This document shows, piece after piece, positions 39,117-49,222 of a DNA stretch of 64,000 nt; the first letter of the stretch is position 1; every line of letters starts with the position of its first letter. The stretch is from positions 32,983 through 96,982 of the forward strand of contig CAYGWX010000003.1 in NCBI GenBank assembly GCA_964353855.1, given 5' to 3'. A program made the translations under genes and the position numbers. The notes beneath the pieces were generated by a model. That model had not been told where the DNA came from. It made no database searches and worked only from the letters and a program-made list of their open reading frames with translations. This stretch comes from an uncultured bacterium. GTDB lineage: Bacteria > Edwardsbacteria > CAYGWX01.

Positions 39117-40567
39117 TTCTCCCGGTGGTCAGCATGAGGCTCATCGCCCCGGCAGGAATTGCATTTGCGACCGGCCTCCTCATCCTGCTTGTGGACTTGG
39201 TCCTGCCTAAGGGCCGTAAGGGTCTTCTTGCGGTTCTAGCCCTGGTGGGCCTGATCATCTCTGGCAGCGCCTCGACAGGACTTTGGGGTCGTTACGAAAC
39301 GGCCTTCCGGGACATGGTCGTCGCGGATAACCTCTCCTCGGGCTTTGGCATAATCATTTGCCTGACGGCCTTTTTGGTCGTCCTGCTTTCTCGGCATTAC
39401 ATCCAGCGGGAGGGGATCGATTTCGGAGAGTACTACGCCCTGCTGATGTTCTCCACCTGCGGGTTAACGCTGTTCGTTTCCGGCAAGGATTTGATCATAC
39501 TGTTCCTCGGCCTGGAGGTTTTTTCCATTTCGCTATATATTCTCTGCGGATTCAACCGACATCAGCTTCGCTCGGCCGAGGCCGCTCTGAAATACTTCCT
39601 GCTTGGCTCGTTCGCTTCGGCCTTCCTTTTATACGGGATCGCTCTGATCTACGGCACGACCGGAAGCACGAATCTGGACAAAATAGCTCAGGTGGTCATC
39701 CTGAACCGCTGGGGCAACCTGACCGTGCTCATGGTCGGGATAGGGTTCGTGCTCGTAGGTCTGGGCTTCAAAGCCGCGGCGGTTCCCTTCCATTTCTGGA
39801 CCCCGGACGTCTACGAGGGCGCTCCCACCCCGGTGACCGCGTTCATGGCCGGCGGGGTCAAGACCGCGGCTTTCGTGGCCCTGCTCAGGGTCTTCTCCGG
39901 AGCCTTCGGAAACCTTTATCCGGACTGGGTCAACATCCTCTCTTTCGTCGCCATCCTGACGATGGTGGTGGGTAACGTCATTGCTGTGGTCCAGATGAAC
40001 TTGAAGCGACTTTTGGCCTATTCTTCCATCGCCCATGCCGGATACCTCCTGGTCGCGGTGGTGGCGAACAGCACCCTGGGCATTGCCAGCATTTCCTTTT
40101 ACCTTCTGTCCTATGTGCTGATGACTGTCGGAGCTTTCGGCATTCTGATCCTTATCGGCCGGCCCGGGGAAGGGAACCTCAAGCTGGAAGATGTGTCCGG
40201 CCTGTCCCGCTCCCGGCCCTGGCTCGCCGCTGCGATGACCATCCTCCTCCTCTCCCTGGCCGGAATTCCGCCCACCGCCGGTTTTGTGGCTAAGTGGTAC
40301 GTCTTCACCGCTGCTTTGAAGGAAGGTTTTTTATCTCTGACTCTGATTGGTGTTCTGACCAGTGTCATCGGCGTTTTCTACTACTTGCGGGTCATCGTGT
40401 ACATGTACATGCGCGAGCCTGTAAAAAACGTAGCCGATGCTCCGGCCTGGTCTTCATGGACAGCGACCCTTGCCGTGACCATCGCGGTCGCCGGCGTGCT
40501 CCTCATCGGGCTCTTTCCGGGGAGCCTTTTGGATATCACCCAAGTGCTGGCAACGGGGGTGAGATGA
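39113..40567 (+). CDS. nuoN: NADH-quinone oxidoreductase subunit N
   Basis: 484 aa, ND2 family. Confidence 0.9.
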   Translation: MILPVVSMRLIAPAGIAFATGLLILLVDLVLPKGRKGLLAVLALVGLIISGSASTGLWGRYETAFRDMVVADNLSSGFGIIICLTAFLVVLLSRHYIQREGIDFGEYYALLMFSTCGLTLFVSGKDLIILFLGLEVFSISLYILCGFNRHQLRSAEAALKYFLLGSFASAFLLYGIALIYGTTGSTNLDKIAQVVILNRWGNLTVLMVGIGFVLVGLGFKAAAVPFHFWTPDVYEGAPTPVTAFMAGGVKTAAFVALLRVFSGAFGNLYPDWVNILSFVAILTMVVGNVIAVVQMNLKRLLAYSSIAHAGYLLVAVVANSTLGIASISFYLLSYVLMTVGAFGILILIGRPGEGNLKLEDVSGLSRSRPWLAAAMTILLLSLAGIPPTAGFVAKWYVFTAALKEGFLSLTLIGVLTSVIGVFYYLRVIVYMYMREPVKNVADAPAWSSWTATLAVTIAVAGVLLIGLFPGSLLDITQVLATGVR

Positions 40568-41115
40568 AAAAAAGGACAACCTTTTTATGGGGACTTCTGT
40601 TTTTTACTCTTTCCTTTTGTTTCATGATGAGTTGTACCCATAAGCAGAAGGATTACAGTCAGTTGGAGGTCAAGGATATCTCCGATCAAGAGTTGGACAA
40701 GGCCACCTCATTTTATGAGAAATACGTTCTCACCCGCCCCAAGGATTTCAAGTCTCATAACAAATTGGGCATCCTCTACCGCCGGAGCGGCAACCTGGAC
40801 CGCGCCCGTGTGCAATACGAGTATGTCCTTCTGATGGACTCCACTAACGCCGAGGCTCACAATAATTTAGGGACTTGGTACGGAATCGTGAATCAGGTGG
40901 ATTCTGCCATCGGTGAATTTCGGCTGGCGGTGAAGTACAACCCGGGCTACTCCAAGGCCCACCGCAACCTCGCTGCGATGTACCAGCGTAGCGGCCAGGA
41001 CAGCCTGGCCCTGACCGAGATGGAAATCTATCTCAGGATTGCCCCGGACGCCCCGGATACCGGTGAGGTGCGGAAGGCGATGGTTGCGCTGAAGGAGAAG
41101 TTGGGGAAAAAATAG
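40564..41115 (+). CDS. TPR-repeat lipoprotein translationally coupled to nuoN
   Basis: 183 aa. ATG overlaps the nuoN stop (ATGA). Signal peptide with lipobox (LSFCFMMSC). At least three TPR-like repeats (AHNNLGTWY, AHRNLAAMY). Confidence 0.65.
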   Translation: MKKRTTFLWGLLFFTLSFCFMMSCTHKQKDYSQLEVKDISDQELDKATSFYEKYVLTRPKDFKSHNKLGILYRRSGNLDRARVQYEYVLLMDSTNAEAHNNLGTWYGIVNQVDSAIGEFRLAVKYNPGYSKAHRNLAAMYQRSGQDSLALTEMEIYLRIAPDAPDTGEVRKAMVALKEKLGKK

Positions 41116-41350
41116 GGGAGATGGATTGGGAAAAGAAGGTCGGCAGGAAGCAGTCAGTGAGCCCTGTGAGGAACGCAATCCCCCAGAGGGCTCTTTTAAC
41201 GGTGTAGGCTGGGTGTAGCCACGGTGGAATCAGGGTGGAGATATGGTAGAGGGCGGTCGTACAGTCCTACTGAAATTTTCGAACAGGCCTCTTGTTCTGA
41301 GCCCGCAGACCCCGCTCCGCTGTCCCCCGCCTCCCTTCCCAACTTCTTGC

Positions 41351-41379
41351 TTGACTTTTCCTTTGTTCTGTGTTAAGAT
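41351..41379 (+). promoter_or_regulatory. sigma70-like promoter (TTGACT-17-TAAGAT) for the M14 peptidase gene
   Basis: Consensus -35 and good -10, ~35 nt upstream of the GGAGG RBS and ATG 41414. Confidence 0.5.
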
Positions 41380-41413
41380 AACCGCATCCAGAAACCATTT
41401 AACGGAGGTTGGG

Positions 41414-43462
41414 ATGAAAAGAATATGGTTGGTTGGATTGTGTCTTTTGTTCCTTGGAGTGACCTGGGCCTGGGCAGAGGTCGAGGTTCCTAGGACCGTG
41501 GTCGAGGTTCCGGTTTCCGGTTCGGAGCAGGTGATGACCTTGGACCGGATGGGTCTTTCCCTGGACTGGGTCAAGAACGGAGTCGCCCGGGGCTTGATCA
41601 TTAAGTCCGGCGTGGAAACCCTTCGAGCAGCCGGGTTTGAACCCAAGGTCATCTATTGGGACTTCCGGGAGGAGAACCCCGAGGCTTGGCTCGTTCCAGG
41701 ATATTATCATTCCTACGCCGCGATGCTCGCGGCCCTGGACTCCATTCAGGACGCCCATCCCACGATCGCCCACTTGGACACCCTGGGGTTCAGCATCCTG
41801 AACCGTGCGGTCTTGGGCCTTCATATCACGCTGAATCCCACCTCGGGCAAGCGCGGAAAGCCGAAGTACAACGTCAACGGCGACCACCATGGAAATGAGC
41901 TGATCGGAGGGGAAGCCGCCCTGTCTTTCGCCAAGTATCTTGCGAATGGTTACGGGACATCTTCTTTGGTGACCCGGTTGGTAGACGAATCGGATTTCTG
42001 GATCGTCCCGATCGTGAACCCTGACGGCAGGGAAGCTAACCAGCGGGGCAATAACCGCGGTGTGGACATTAACCGAAACTACGGGTACGAGTGGAACGCT
42101 ACCGGAGGAGCCAACCCCTTCTCCGAGCCTGAGATCCAGGCAATGCGCAACCTGTTCATGAAGGGCCCCTACGTCGCCTCTATGGACTTCCACAGCGGGA
42201 CGATGTACACCCTCTATGTATGGGGCTTCACGACCATGGCCGCAATGGACAGCGCAGCGATGCGCCGAGTCGGACAGATTTACGACACTTACTTCCCGGT
42301 GGGCTACGGCCAGATCTCCCGGGACCTCTACCAGGTCTGGGGCGGGTCCACGGACTACTACTACGGCTGCGGGGGCGACATCATCTCTTTTGCTGCGGAA
42401 CTGTCCAACTCCTATGCGCCTCCGGCCTCGGCCATCGACACCATCTGCGCGCGGCAAGACACGGCTTTGTCTCACATGGTGCGCGAGACCCGCAAGGGCC
42501 TCTGGGGCATGGTCCGGGATTCCGTTACCCATCGGGCACTTCCTGCCCGGTTGGTGGTCACCAACCGAGGTTGGTGCTGCTACACCGATCCCGAGTACGG
42601 CGATTACCACAAATATCTCTATCCCTCAGCCGGCACCTACCAGGTCACCGCGTACGCTAACGGGTACGATTACAAAACCCTTCAGGTGACGGTGGGAGCT
42701 GACACCTTCGCTCAGTTGGACTTCGACCTTAAGCCCAATGGGGCCCTGAACTGGTCCGGCTTCACCTGCCCGATTATTCGCAGCACTCGCACTCCCTCGG
42801 TGCCCGCGGACCTTCCCTGGACCCAGAAGTGCTTGGGCATCCATGACGGTCAGGGTCTGGCATTGAGCCACAGTTCCGTCACACCTTACATTGCCTTGGA
42901 CATGGGCCCGACCACACCGGTCATTAACCGCACCGGCAACGATTTTACGGTCTATCTGACCGCAGCCGCAAGCTACACGGTTCAGGCCACAAACAATATG
43001 GACGGGACCTGGGCGAACTGTGGGAGCGGAAGCGGGATGCAACAGTCTTTCGACCTCACTACGGCGGGCTTGGATTCCGCACGCTTCGTACGGATCACAG
43101 GCACGGTCTCCCTGGACGCCATCGAGGCCTTGCCCAGGCCGAGCGGGGTGGAGGAGAGCCCCAGAGTCGAAAGACAGGTTTCAGTCGCACCAAGCCTGGT
43201 GCTCCTTGGCCCCAATCCGGCGAAGGAAGGCTTGGTTATCAAAGCCACCCTCCCGGCCGGCTGGTCCAGGTTAGGGATATATGATATCGCCGGCCGGCTG
43301 GTGAAGATGCTCAATCAGGCAACCCTTCCAGCAGGGTCGTCTCAGATTTTCACTTGGAACGGCGTGGATGATTCCGGGCGCAAAGTTACCTCGGGGACCT
43401 ATTTCGCCCGCTTGGAGACCCCTCAAGGTAATTGTCTGGCCCGCGTTGTTCTTCTGCGCTAA
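41414..43462 (+). CDS. M14 zinc carboxypeptidase with C-terminal T9SS-type (Por/FlgD-Ig-like) sorting domain
   Basis: 682 aa from MKRIWLVGLCLLFLGVTWAWA (signal peptide). M14 motifs HHGNELIGGE and NPDGRE...NRGVDINRN. C-terminal LGPNPAKEG...LGIYDIAGRLVKML...SGTYFARLE. The track ORF starts earlier at 41243. Confidence 0.75.
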   Translation: MKRIWLVGLCLLFLGVTWAWAEVEVPRTVVEVPVSGSEQVMTLDRMGLSLDWVKNGVARGLIIKSGVETLRAAGFEPKVIYWDFREENPEAWLVPGYYHSYAAMLAALDSIQDAHPTIAHLDTLGFSILNRAVLGLHITLNPTSGKRGKPKYNVNGDHHGNELIGGEAALSFAKYLANGYGTSSLVTRLVDESDFWIVPIVNPDGREANQRGNNRGVDINRNYGYEWNATGGANPFSEPEIQAMRNLFMKGPYVASMDFHSGTMYTLYVWGFTTMAAMDSAAMRRVGQIYDTYFPVGYGQISRDLYQVWGGSTDYYYGCGGDIISFAAELSNSYAPPASAIDTICARQDTALSHMVRETRKGLWGMVRDSVTHRALPARLVVTNRGWCCYTDPEYGDYHKYLYPSAGTYQVTAYANGYDYKTLQVTVGADTFAQLDFDLKPNGALNWSGFTCPIIRSTRTPSVPADLPWTQKCLGIHDGQGLALSHSSVTPYIALDMGPTTPVINRTGNDFTVYLTAAASYTVQATNNMDGTWANCGSGSGMQQSFDLTTAGLDSARFVRITGTVSLDAIEALPRPSGVEESPRVERQVSVAPSLVLLGPNPAKEGLVIKATLPAGWSRLGIYDIAGRLVKMLNQATLPAGSSQIFTWNGVDDSGRKVTSGTYFARLETPQGNCLARVVLLR

Positions 43463-43482
43463 CCAAGACCAAATCAATAGTA

Positions 43483-43514
43483 ACGGGGGCGCCTAAGCGC
43501 CCCCGTTTTTTTTA
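43483..43514 (+). terminator. Rho-independent terminator after the M14 gene
   Basis: acgggggcgc-ctaa-gcgcccccgt followed by tttttttt. Confidence 0.75.
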
Positions 43515-43522
43515 TTCTCTCT

Positions 43523-43608
43523 GGTGCCGGCGGAGGGAATCGAACCCCCATGATGTTGCCACCGGAGGATTTTGAGTCCTCTGCGTCTACCAGTTTCACC
43601 ACGCCGGC
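43523..43608 (-). tRNA. tRNA-Leu (anticodon CAA)
   Basis: Cloverleaf folded manually from the reverse complement: 7-bp acceptor stem, anticodon loop CUCAAAA, long variable arm, T-arm GGTTCGATTCC, CCA end. Confidence 0.8.
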
Positions 43609-43716
43609 ATGATGTAAATAGGATAACAGAGAAACCGTCACGTTGTCAAGCTGCCTCCAACAGGAACCTCTGACGTGAACTCCTGGTTGTTTATTAATGA
43701 AAATAGGCTGAAACCC

Positions 43717-43745
43717 TTGACTTTTAAAGCTTTTTTTGTTATAAT
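43717..43745 (+). promoter_or_regulatory. Consensus sigma70 promoter (TTGACT-17-TATAAT) upstream of tRNA-Ala/rpsO/pnp
   Basis: Perfect -10 and near-perfect -35 in an AT-rich region ~60 nt upstream of tRNA-Ala. Confidence 0.65.
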
Positions 43746-43807
43746 ATAATGTTTAAACAGAAAGAGTTGTCCTGTAAGTTAAATCAATTGAATAACTTAG
43801 GCGTTTT

Positions 43808-43883
43808 GGGGCTGTAGCGCAGTTGGGAGCGCGCATGACTGGCAGTCATGAGGTCACGGGTTCGATCCCCGTCAGCTCCACCA
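43808..43883 (+). tRNA. tRNA-Ala (anticodon GGC)
   Basis: Manual cloverleaf with the G3:U70 wobble (Ala identity element), anticodon loop CTGGCAG, and CCA encoded. Confidence 0.85.
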
Positions 43884-43960
43884 GAAATAATTCTTCATTC
43901 CAATTATATTTGGCGGGAACCAGCCGTTTCTTCGGCGCGACATGAAAGGAGAAAAGATCT

Positions 43961-44230
43961 ATGTCTCTGATCAAGCAGGTTAAAGTGAAAGTCATTAAGA
44001 AGTACCAAGTTCACACCGGTGACACGGGTTCCCCGGAGGTGCAGATAGCCTTGCTCACGACCCGCATCAACCAACTCACCGAGCATCTCCAGGCACACCG
44101 CAAAGACCATTCCTCCCGGCGGGGTTTACTTAAGATGGTCGGCGAGCGCCGCAAGCTTCTGGACTACCTCGCCTCCCGGCGGACCGAACGTTACAAAACC
44201 ATTTTACAGAAACTAGAGTTGAGGAAGTAA
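43961..44230 (+). CDS. rpsO: 30S ribosomal protein S15
   Basis: 89 aa, S15 family. Confidence 0.9.
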   Translation: MSLIKQVKVKVIKKYQVHTGDTGSPEVQIALLTTRINQLTEHLQAHRKDHSSRRGLLKMVGERRKLLDYLASRRTERYKTILQKLELRK

Positions 44231-46422
44231 TGATTGAAACCCTGACCATTGAACTTGGGGCCCTGCCCCTGATGATCGAAACCGGGAAGATGGCCAAGCA
44301 GGCTGACGGATCGGTCATCGTGCGCTACGGGGATACTATGGTCCTGGTCACGGCTGTGGCAACGGACGAACCGCCTCCGGACCGTGACTTCTTCCCCCTG
44401 ACTGTGGAATACCGCGAACAGCTCTATGCCGCCGGAAAAATCCCGGGCGGTTTCTTCAAGCGGGAGGGCCGCCCCCGGGAGAAGGAGGTCGTCTCCGCCC
44501 GGCTCATCGACCGCCCCGTTCGCCCGCTGTTTCCAAAGTCCTTCAAATGCGAAGTCCAGATCTATGCCATGGTCCTCTCCGCGGACGGGGTGAACGACCC
44601 CGATGTCCTTGCTTTGGTCGGTGCATCCACGGCCCTCTCCCTCTCGGACATCCCCTTCCTCGGCCCGGTGGGAGGGGTTCGGGTGGGCAAGGTGGACGGT
44701 CAGCTCGTTGTGAACCCAACCTTTGCCCAGGTCGAGGCCGGGACCCTGGAACTGATCGTTGCCGGGACCAGGGACCACGTAACCATGGTGGAGGCTGGGG
44801 CCAAAGAGGTTTCCGAGGAGGAAATTGTAGAGGCCATCGCCTTCGGACACGAACATATCAAAAGGCTTTGCGAGGCCCAGTTGGAGCTGGTCAGGCGGAC
44901 CGGCAAGCCTAAGCGGGAGGTCGTGGAGTCCCCCAAGAACGAAGAGCTTCTGGCTGCTGTGTCCGAGTTGACCTTGGAGTCCACACGCCAGGCCAACCGC
45001 CTTCCTCACAAGGAGGAGCGTCAGGCTGCGATGAAGAACATCGTGGCCAAAACTCAGGAGGCGTTAAGGGAGAAGTTTCCGGAGCAGGAAAAGTTGATTA
45101 AAAATACGGTTGATGAGATCCAACGCAACAACTTGCGAAGTCGTATATTGTGCGATGGCATTCGTGCTGATAGTCGGGGCTTGAAAGACATTCGACCCAT
45201 CACCTGCGAGATTGCCGTATTGCCACGGACCCATGGCTCTGCTCTATTCACCCGGGGGGAGACCCAGAGCCTTTCTGCCACCACCTTGGGCACGAGGTCT
45301 GACGAGCAGAAAATCGAAGGCCTGGAAGGGGAGTCAACTAAAAGTTACATGTTGCATTACAATTTCCCCCCCTTCTCGGTCGGGGAGGTAAAGCCGGTCC
45401 GCGGACCGGGCCGTCGGGAAATCGGCCATGGCGCCCTTGCTGAGCGTGCGATCTCCCCGGTCATCCCCGTGGACTCCATCTTTCCCTACACCGTTCGCGT
45501 AGTCTCCGATATCCTGGAGTCCAATGGCTCCTCGTCCATGGCCACGGTCTGCGGTGCGACCCTGTCCCTGATGGATGCCGGGGTTCCAATCAAAACCCCT
45601 GTGGCCGGCATTGCCATGGGCCTCGTCATCGAAGGGGGAAAACATGCGATTTTATCCGACATTCTCGGGGTGGAAGACCATCTCGGCGACATGGACTTTA
45701 AAGTGGCCGGTTCCCGCCAGGGAATCACGGCCTTGCAGCTGGACATCAAGGTCTCCGGCCTCACCGTGGACCTTCTGCGCGAAGCCCTGAATCAAGCTCG
45801 CGAAGGCCGGATATTCATCCTGGATGTCATGGAGAAGACGATCTCCCAGCCCCGCAGCGAGCTCTCCCCGTACGCACCGCGCATCATCCAGATCACGATT
45901 CCCAAGGACAAGATCGGCGCGGTGATTGGCCCTGGAGGCAAGATGATCCGTAAGATTACCGAGGAGACCGGCGCCAAGATCGACATCGAGGACGACGGTA
46001 CCGTGGTCATCGCCTCGGTTGGGGGCGAGGGCGGTGAGAAGGCCCGCGATTTCATCCTCCATTTAGTCGAAGAGCCCGAGGTCGGGAAGGTCTACAAAGG
46101 GATCGTGAAGCGTCTGATGAACTTCGGGTGTTTCGTGGAGTTCCTGCCCGGCCAGGAGGGCCTGGTCCACGTCTCGCAATTGGATGTGAAGCATGTTGGT
46201 AAGGTTGAGGACGTGGTCAAGGAAGGCGACGAGATTATGGTCAAGCTGGTCGAGATCGACGACATGGGCCGCAACAACCTCTCCCGCAAAGCCGTCCTGG
46301 ACGGCTCGGACGGCAAGGTTACAGCCCGTCCGCCCCGACGCGAGGGGGGCGGCAGGGGAGAGGGTCGTCGCGAGGGTGGCAATCGCGATCGCCGTCCTGA
46401 AAGCCACGGGCCCAGGCGCTGA
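44230..46422 (+). CDS. pnp: polynucleotide phosphorylase
   Basis: 730 aa: two RNase PH domains, KH and S1 domains, and a Gly/Arg-rich tail. Confidence 0.9.
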   Translation: MIETLTIELGALPLMIETGKMAKQADGSVIVRYGDTMVLVTAVATDEPPPDRDFFPLTVEYREQLYAAGKIPGGFFKREGRPREKEVVSARLIDRPVRPLFPKSFKCEVQIYAMVLSADGVNDPDVLALVGASTALSLSDIPFLGPVGGVRVGKVDGQLVVNPTFAQVEAGTLELIVAGTRDHVTMVEAGAKEVSEEEIVEAIAFGHEHIKRLCEAQLELVRRTGKPKREVVESPKNEELLAAVSELTLESTRQANRLPHKEERQAAMKNIVAKTQEALREKFPEQEKLIKNTVDEIQRNNLRSRILCDGIRADSRGLKDIRPITCEIAVLPRTHGSALFTRGETQSLSATTLGTRSDEQKIEGLEGESTKSYMLHYNFPPFSVGEVKPVRGPGRREIGHGALAERAISPVIPVDSIFPYTVRVVSDILESNGSSSMATVCGATLSLMDAGVPIKTPVAGIAMGLVIEGGKHAILSDILGVEDHLGDMDFKVAGSRQGITALQLDIKVSGLTVDLLREALNQAREGRIFILDVMEKTISQPRSELSPYAPRIIQITIPKDKIGAVIGPGGKMIRKITEETGAKIDIEDDGTVVIASVGGEGGEKARDFILHLVEEPEVGKVYKGIVKRLMNFGCFVEFLPGQEGLVHVSQLDVKHVGKVEDVVKEGDEIMVKLVEIDDMGRNNLSRKAVLDGSDGKVTARPPRREGGGRGEGRREGGNRDRRPESHGPRR

Positions 46423-46454
46423 CGACACCTCTTAACATCTCAAACTGCCCAATT

Positions 46455-46488
46455 AAGGCGCGCATTTCAATGCGTGCCTTTTCTTTTG
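46455..46488 (+). terminator. Rho-independent terminator after pnp
   Basis: aaggcgcgca-tttcaa-tgcgtgcctt (one G.U pair) followed by ttcttttg. Confidence 0.65.
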
Positions 46489-46612
46489 CAATCCCCCTTG
46501 TGTTAATTCTCTTCTTTTCATTCGTTAGCGTTGAAAGTATTTTCCCTCTCCGAATCCTGAGTAGTTGTACAACACTAATAATACGAACAACTTCCAAGTC
46601 AGCCCCTGTAGA

Positions 46613-46682
46613 CCGAGGGAATACCGCGAGAACACCGAAGGAACACCGAGAGAATACCGTAGAAAGACCGAGAAAACACCTT
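46613..46682. repeat. Tandem array of ~6 x 11-bp units (consensus ACCGAGRGAAY)
   Basis: accgagggaat / accgcgagaac / accgaaggaac / accgagagaat / accgtagaaag / accgagaaaac, contiguous. Confidence 0.7.
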
Positions 46683-46788
46683 CGGAATACTGTGGAAAAA
46701 GGGCGGGAATAGGGCCAGAGAGCCGAGGGAAGCCTTCCTGTTCCAAGGGGTTACATATCCAAAAGGAGGCTTCGGACTAAAATATCAC

Positions 46789-46817
46789 TTGATAAATCTT
46801 TATGTTTCAGGTATAAT
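46789..46817 (+). promoter_or_regulatory. Consensus sigma70 promoter (TTGATA-17-TATAAT) for asd
   Basis: Located ~20 nt upstream of the asd RBS (aaaggaggagg). Confidence 0.6.
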
Positions 46818-46835
46818 GCAAATGAAAGGAGGAGG

Positions 46836-47876
46836 TTGATGGCAGGCTATACCGTGGCTGTGGTGGGTGCTTCCGGCCTGGTCGGGAGCTTGATGGTTCG
46901 GGTCTTGGAGGAGCGCTGCTTTCCGGTGAAGCGGCTCGTTCCCCTGTCGACGATCCGCTCTGCCGGAAGGATGATTCGCTTCCAGGACCTAGAGATAGAG
47001 GTTCAGGAGATCAAAAAAGAGGCCTTTGAAGGAGTAGACCTCGCCCTGTTCGCCGGGACCGAGGGCGAGAAGGGTGCTGCAGTGACGTATGCCAAGGAAG
47101 CCATCAAGAAAGGCTGTTTGGTAATAGATAACGGCAACGATTTCCGGATGGACCCTGAGGTCCCCCTCGTTGTTCCCGAGGTGAATCCCGAGGACATCCA
47201 GAAGCATAAAGGTCTTATTGCAAACCCCAACTGCTCCACCATCCAGATGGTCGTGGCCCTGAAGCCACTGTACGACTTTTCCCGCATCCGGCGCGTCATC
47301 GTGTCCACCTACCAGTCCGTGTCCGGTGCCGGGGGAGCCGCGTTGCGCGAGCTCCAAATGCAGGGCGAGTCGCATTACGCAGGAAGACCCATCCCACCGC
47401 CCACAGCCTTCGACGAACCCATCCTCCTGAATGTAATCCCTGTAATCGGCTCCTTCCGCGAGGACGGGTTCACCACGGAGGAGTGGAAGATGGTCTCCGA
47501 GACCCGGAAGATCCTGCACGACCAGGACATCGCGGTCAGCGCCACCACGGTCCGCGTCCCGGTGGTCGTCGGCCACAGCGAGGCCGTGTATATCGAGACG
47601 GAACGCAAAATCGCCGCCCGGGAGGCCCGGGCCGCATTGGAGCGGGCTCCGGGAGTCCTTGTCGTGGACGGAAAGGAAGACGTCAAGATGACCTATCCCA
47701 TGCCCAAGGATTGTGCCGGCAGAGACGAGGTCTTCGTCGGCCGCATCCGCGAGGACCCTTTCGTTGCCAACGGCTTGCACCTCTGGGTCGTGTCTGACAA
47801 TCTCAGAAAGGGCGCAGCCACCAATGCCATCCAGATTGCGGAACGTGCTTTCCGGGTCGTCCCGAGGAAAGGATAA
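46836..47876 (+). CDS. asd: aspartate-semialdehyde dehydrogenase
   Basis: 346 aa (VAVVGASGLVG, NPNCSTI active-site Cys). Confidence 0.9.
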   Translation: MMAGYTVAVVGASGLVGSLMVRVLEERCFPVKRLVPLSTIRSAGRMIRFQDLEIEVQEIKKEAFEGVDLALFAGTEGEKGAAVTYAKEAIKKGCLVIDNGNDFRMDPEVPLVVPEVNPEDIQKHKGLIANPNCSTIQMVVALKPLYDFSRIRRVIVSTYQSVSGAGGAALRELQMQGESHYAGRPIPPPTAFDEPILLNVIPVIGSFREDGFTTEEWKMVSETRKILHDQDIAVSATTVRVPVVVGHSEAVYIETERKIAAREARAALERAPGVLVVDGKEDVKMTYPMPKDCAGRDEVFVGRIREDPFVANGLHLWVVSDNLRKGAATNAIQIAERAFRVVPRKG

Positions 47877-47888
47877 GGAGAGGAGAAG

Positions 47889-48581
47889 ATGACCATTGGA
47901 ACCAAAATGATCGCCGTGTTCGCGAGCCCTAAGAAGGCATTTGAAGCTATCGCCGAGAAGCCCGACTGGCTGGCGCCGATGATCGCCATGGTCGTTATTG
48001 GGATCTTGTTCGCGCTCACCGTGGTGCCCAAGGTCGTCATGCCAGCCCAGATCGAACAGGTCACCGAACAGATGCGGGATCGCGGAGCGACCGATGAGCA
48101 AATCGAGCAGACTGTGAAGATCATGATAGGACCTATATCGACCATTTTCGGCATCGTCGGCGCACTCCTCGGAACGCCTGTCACCATTTTGGTCATTTCC
48201 GGAATTCTATTTGGGGTCTGCTCCCTCTTCGGTGGAAAAGCTAAATTTCTTCAGGTCTTCTCGGCCTACACCTATGCTGGGCTGATCGCTTCCCTAGGGG
48301 GCATCGTGAAAGGAATCCTGATGTGGACCCAGCAATCCATCCATGTCGGAACGAGCCTGGCCCTGCTCCTCTCAGAGGATCTGTCTAAAACCTTCCTCTA
48401 CCGCCTCCTGGGTCACTTCGATCTCTTCACCCTCTGGCAATTGGGGGCGTTGATCATAGGCCTTGCGGTCATCTATCGTTGGAAGGCCACCAAGGCTGCT
48501 GAGATCGTCCTGTCGCTCTGGGCCCTCTGGGTTCTCCTTGCGAGCTCCCTGGGCGGGTTGATGCACTTCGGCGCTGCCTAA
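47889..48581 (+). CDS. Yip1-domain membrane protein
   Basis: 230 aa with 5 predicted TM helices. The Yip1/DUF1282-like topology assignment is from memory. Confidence 0.55.
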   Translation: MTIGTKMIAVFASPKKAFEAIAEKPDWLAPMIAMVVIGILFALTVVPKVVMPAQIEQVTEQMRDRGATDEQIEQTVKIMIGPISTIFGIVGALLGTPVTILVISGILFGVCSLFGGKAKFLQVFSAYTYAGLIASLGGIVKGILMWTQQSIHVGTSLALLLSEDLSKTFLYRLLGHFDLFTLWQLGALIIGLAVIYRWKATKAAEIVLSLWALWVLLASSLGGLMHFGAA

Positions 48582-48589
48582 AGGTTAAA

Positions 48590-49222
48590 ATGCCCGCTGG
48601 GGTCAACCTTCCCCAAGAGGGGATGCTTTATCAACGTGAGCAGTATGCCAAGAGCTGGCTTACGCGGCTGTACTGGGATTACAAGGATGAAAAGGAGATT
48701 AAACCCTTAGCCGATTCTCGTCGCATCGTGGAGTTCGGTTGTGGGGAAGGGATCACCCTGGAGCGCATGGTCAAGCACTTCCGGGGAAGTTTCATTCTGG
48801 GTCTTGAACTTGAGCCGGAGAACATCGCTATTCTCAAAAAACACGCCCTGCCGGTGGTGCAGGGAGATGCCCTTTCACCCTGCTTTAAACCCGGATCTCT
48901 GGACGCCGTCCTTTTATCCGAGGTGCTCGAGCACGTTCCGGATTCCCAAGGCCTCATCCGATCCATTCGGCAAGCCCTGAAAGCTGGAGGGGTCTTGGCT
49001 CTGGTCATTCCCAATGATGATTTTTTCTACCTGGCCCGAATGATAACCCTAAAATTCAAGGAGGCCCGTTACGACAGCGGTCATGTCCGTAAGTGGAATC
49101 CAAGGGAGATAGGGGAACTCCTGGAGGGGGAGGGTTTTAAGGTCATCAGGGGACGGAATCTACCTTTCAGGCTATGGCCCTGTAGCCTGCATCATCTCTG
49201 TGTTGCCATCAAGTTTCCATGA
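48590..49222 (+). CDS. class I SAM-dependent methyltransferase
   Basis: Motif I VEFGCGEG, and LSEVLEHVPD / GGVLALVIPN motifs. Confidence 0.75.
   Translation: MPAGVNLPQEGMLYQREQYAKSWLTRLYWDYKDEKEIKPLADSRRIVEFGCGEGITLERMVKHFRGSFILGLELEPENIAILKKHALPVVQGDALSPCFKPGSLDAVLLSEVLEHVPDSQGLIRSIRQALKAGGVLALVIPNDDFFYLARMITLKFKEARYDSGHVRKWNPREIGELLEGEGFKVIRGRNLPFRLWPCSLHHLCVAIKFP

Noticed and set aside
41128-41214. 28-aa ORF (MDWEKKVGRK...) with a GGGGAG RBS just after the TPR lipoprotein gene
   Set aside because: Too short to support without conservation or expression data. Mentioned only as a possibility.
41399-42610. 403-aa minus-strand ORF inside the M14 peptidase gene
   Set aside because: Antisense to a gene with clear M14 motifs. 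High-GC artefact.
46989-48101. 370-aa minus-strand ORF overlapping asd and the Yip1 gene
   Set aside because: Antisense to two good genes and spans their intergenic region with no RBS.
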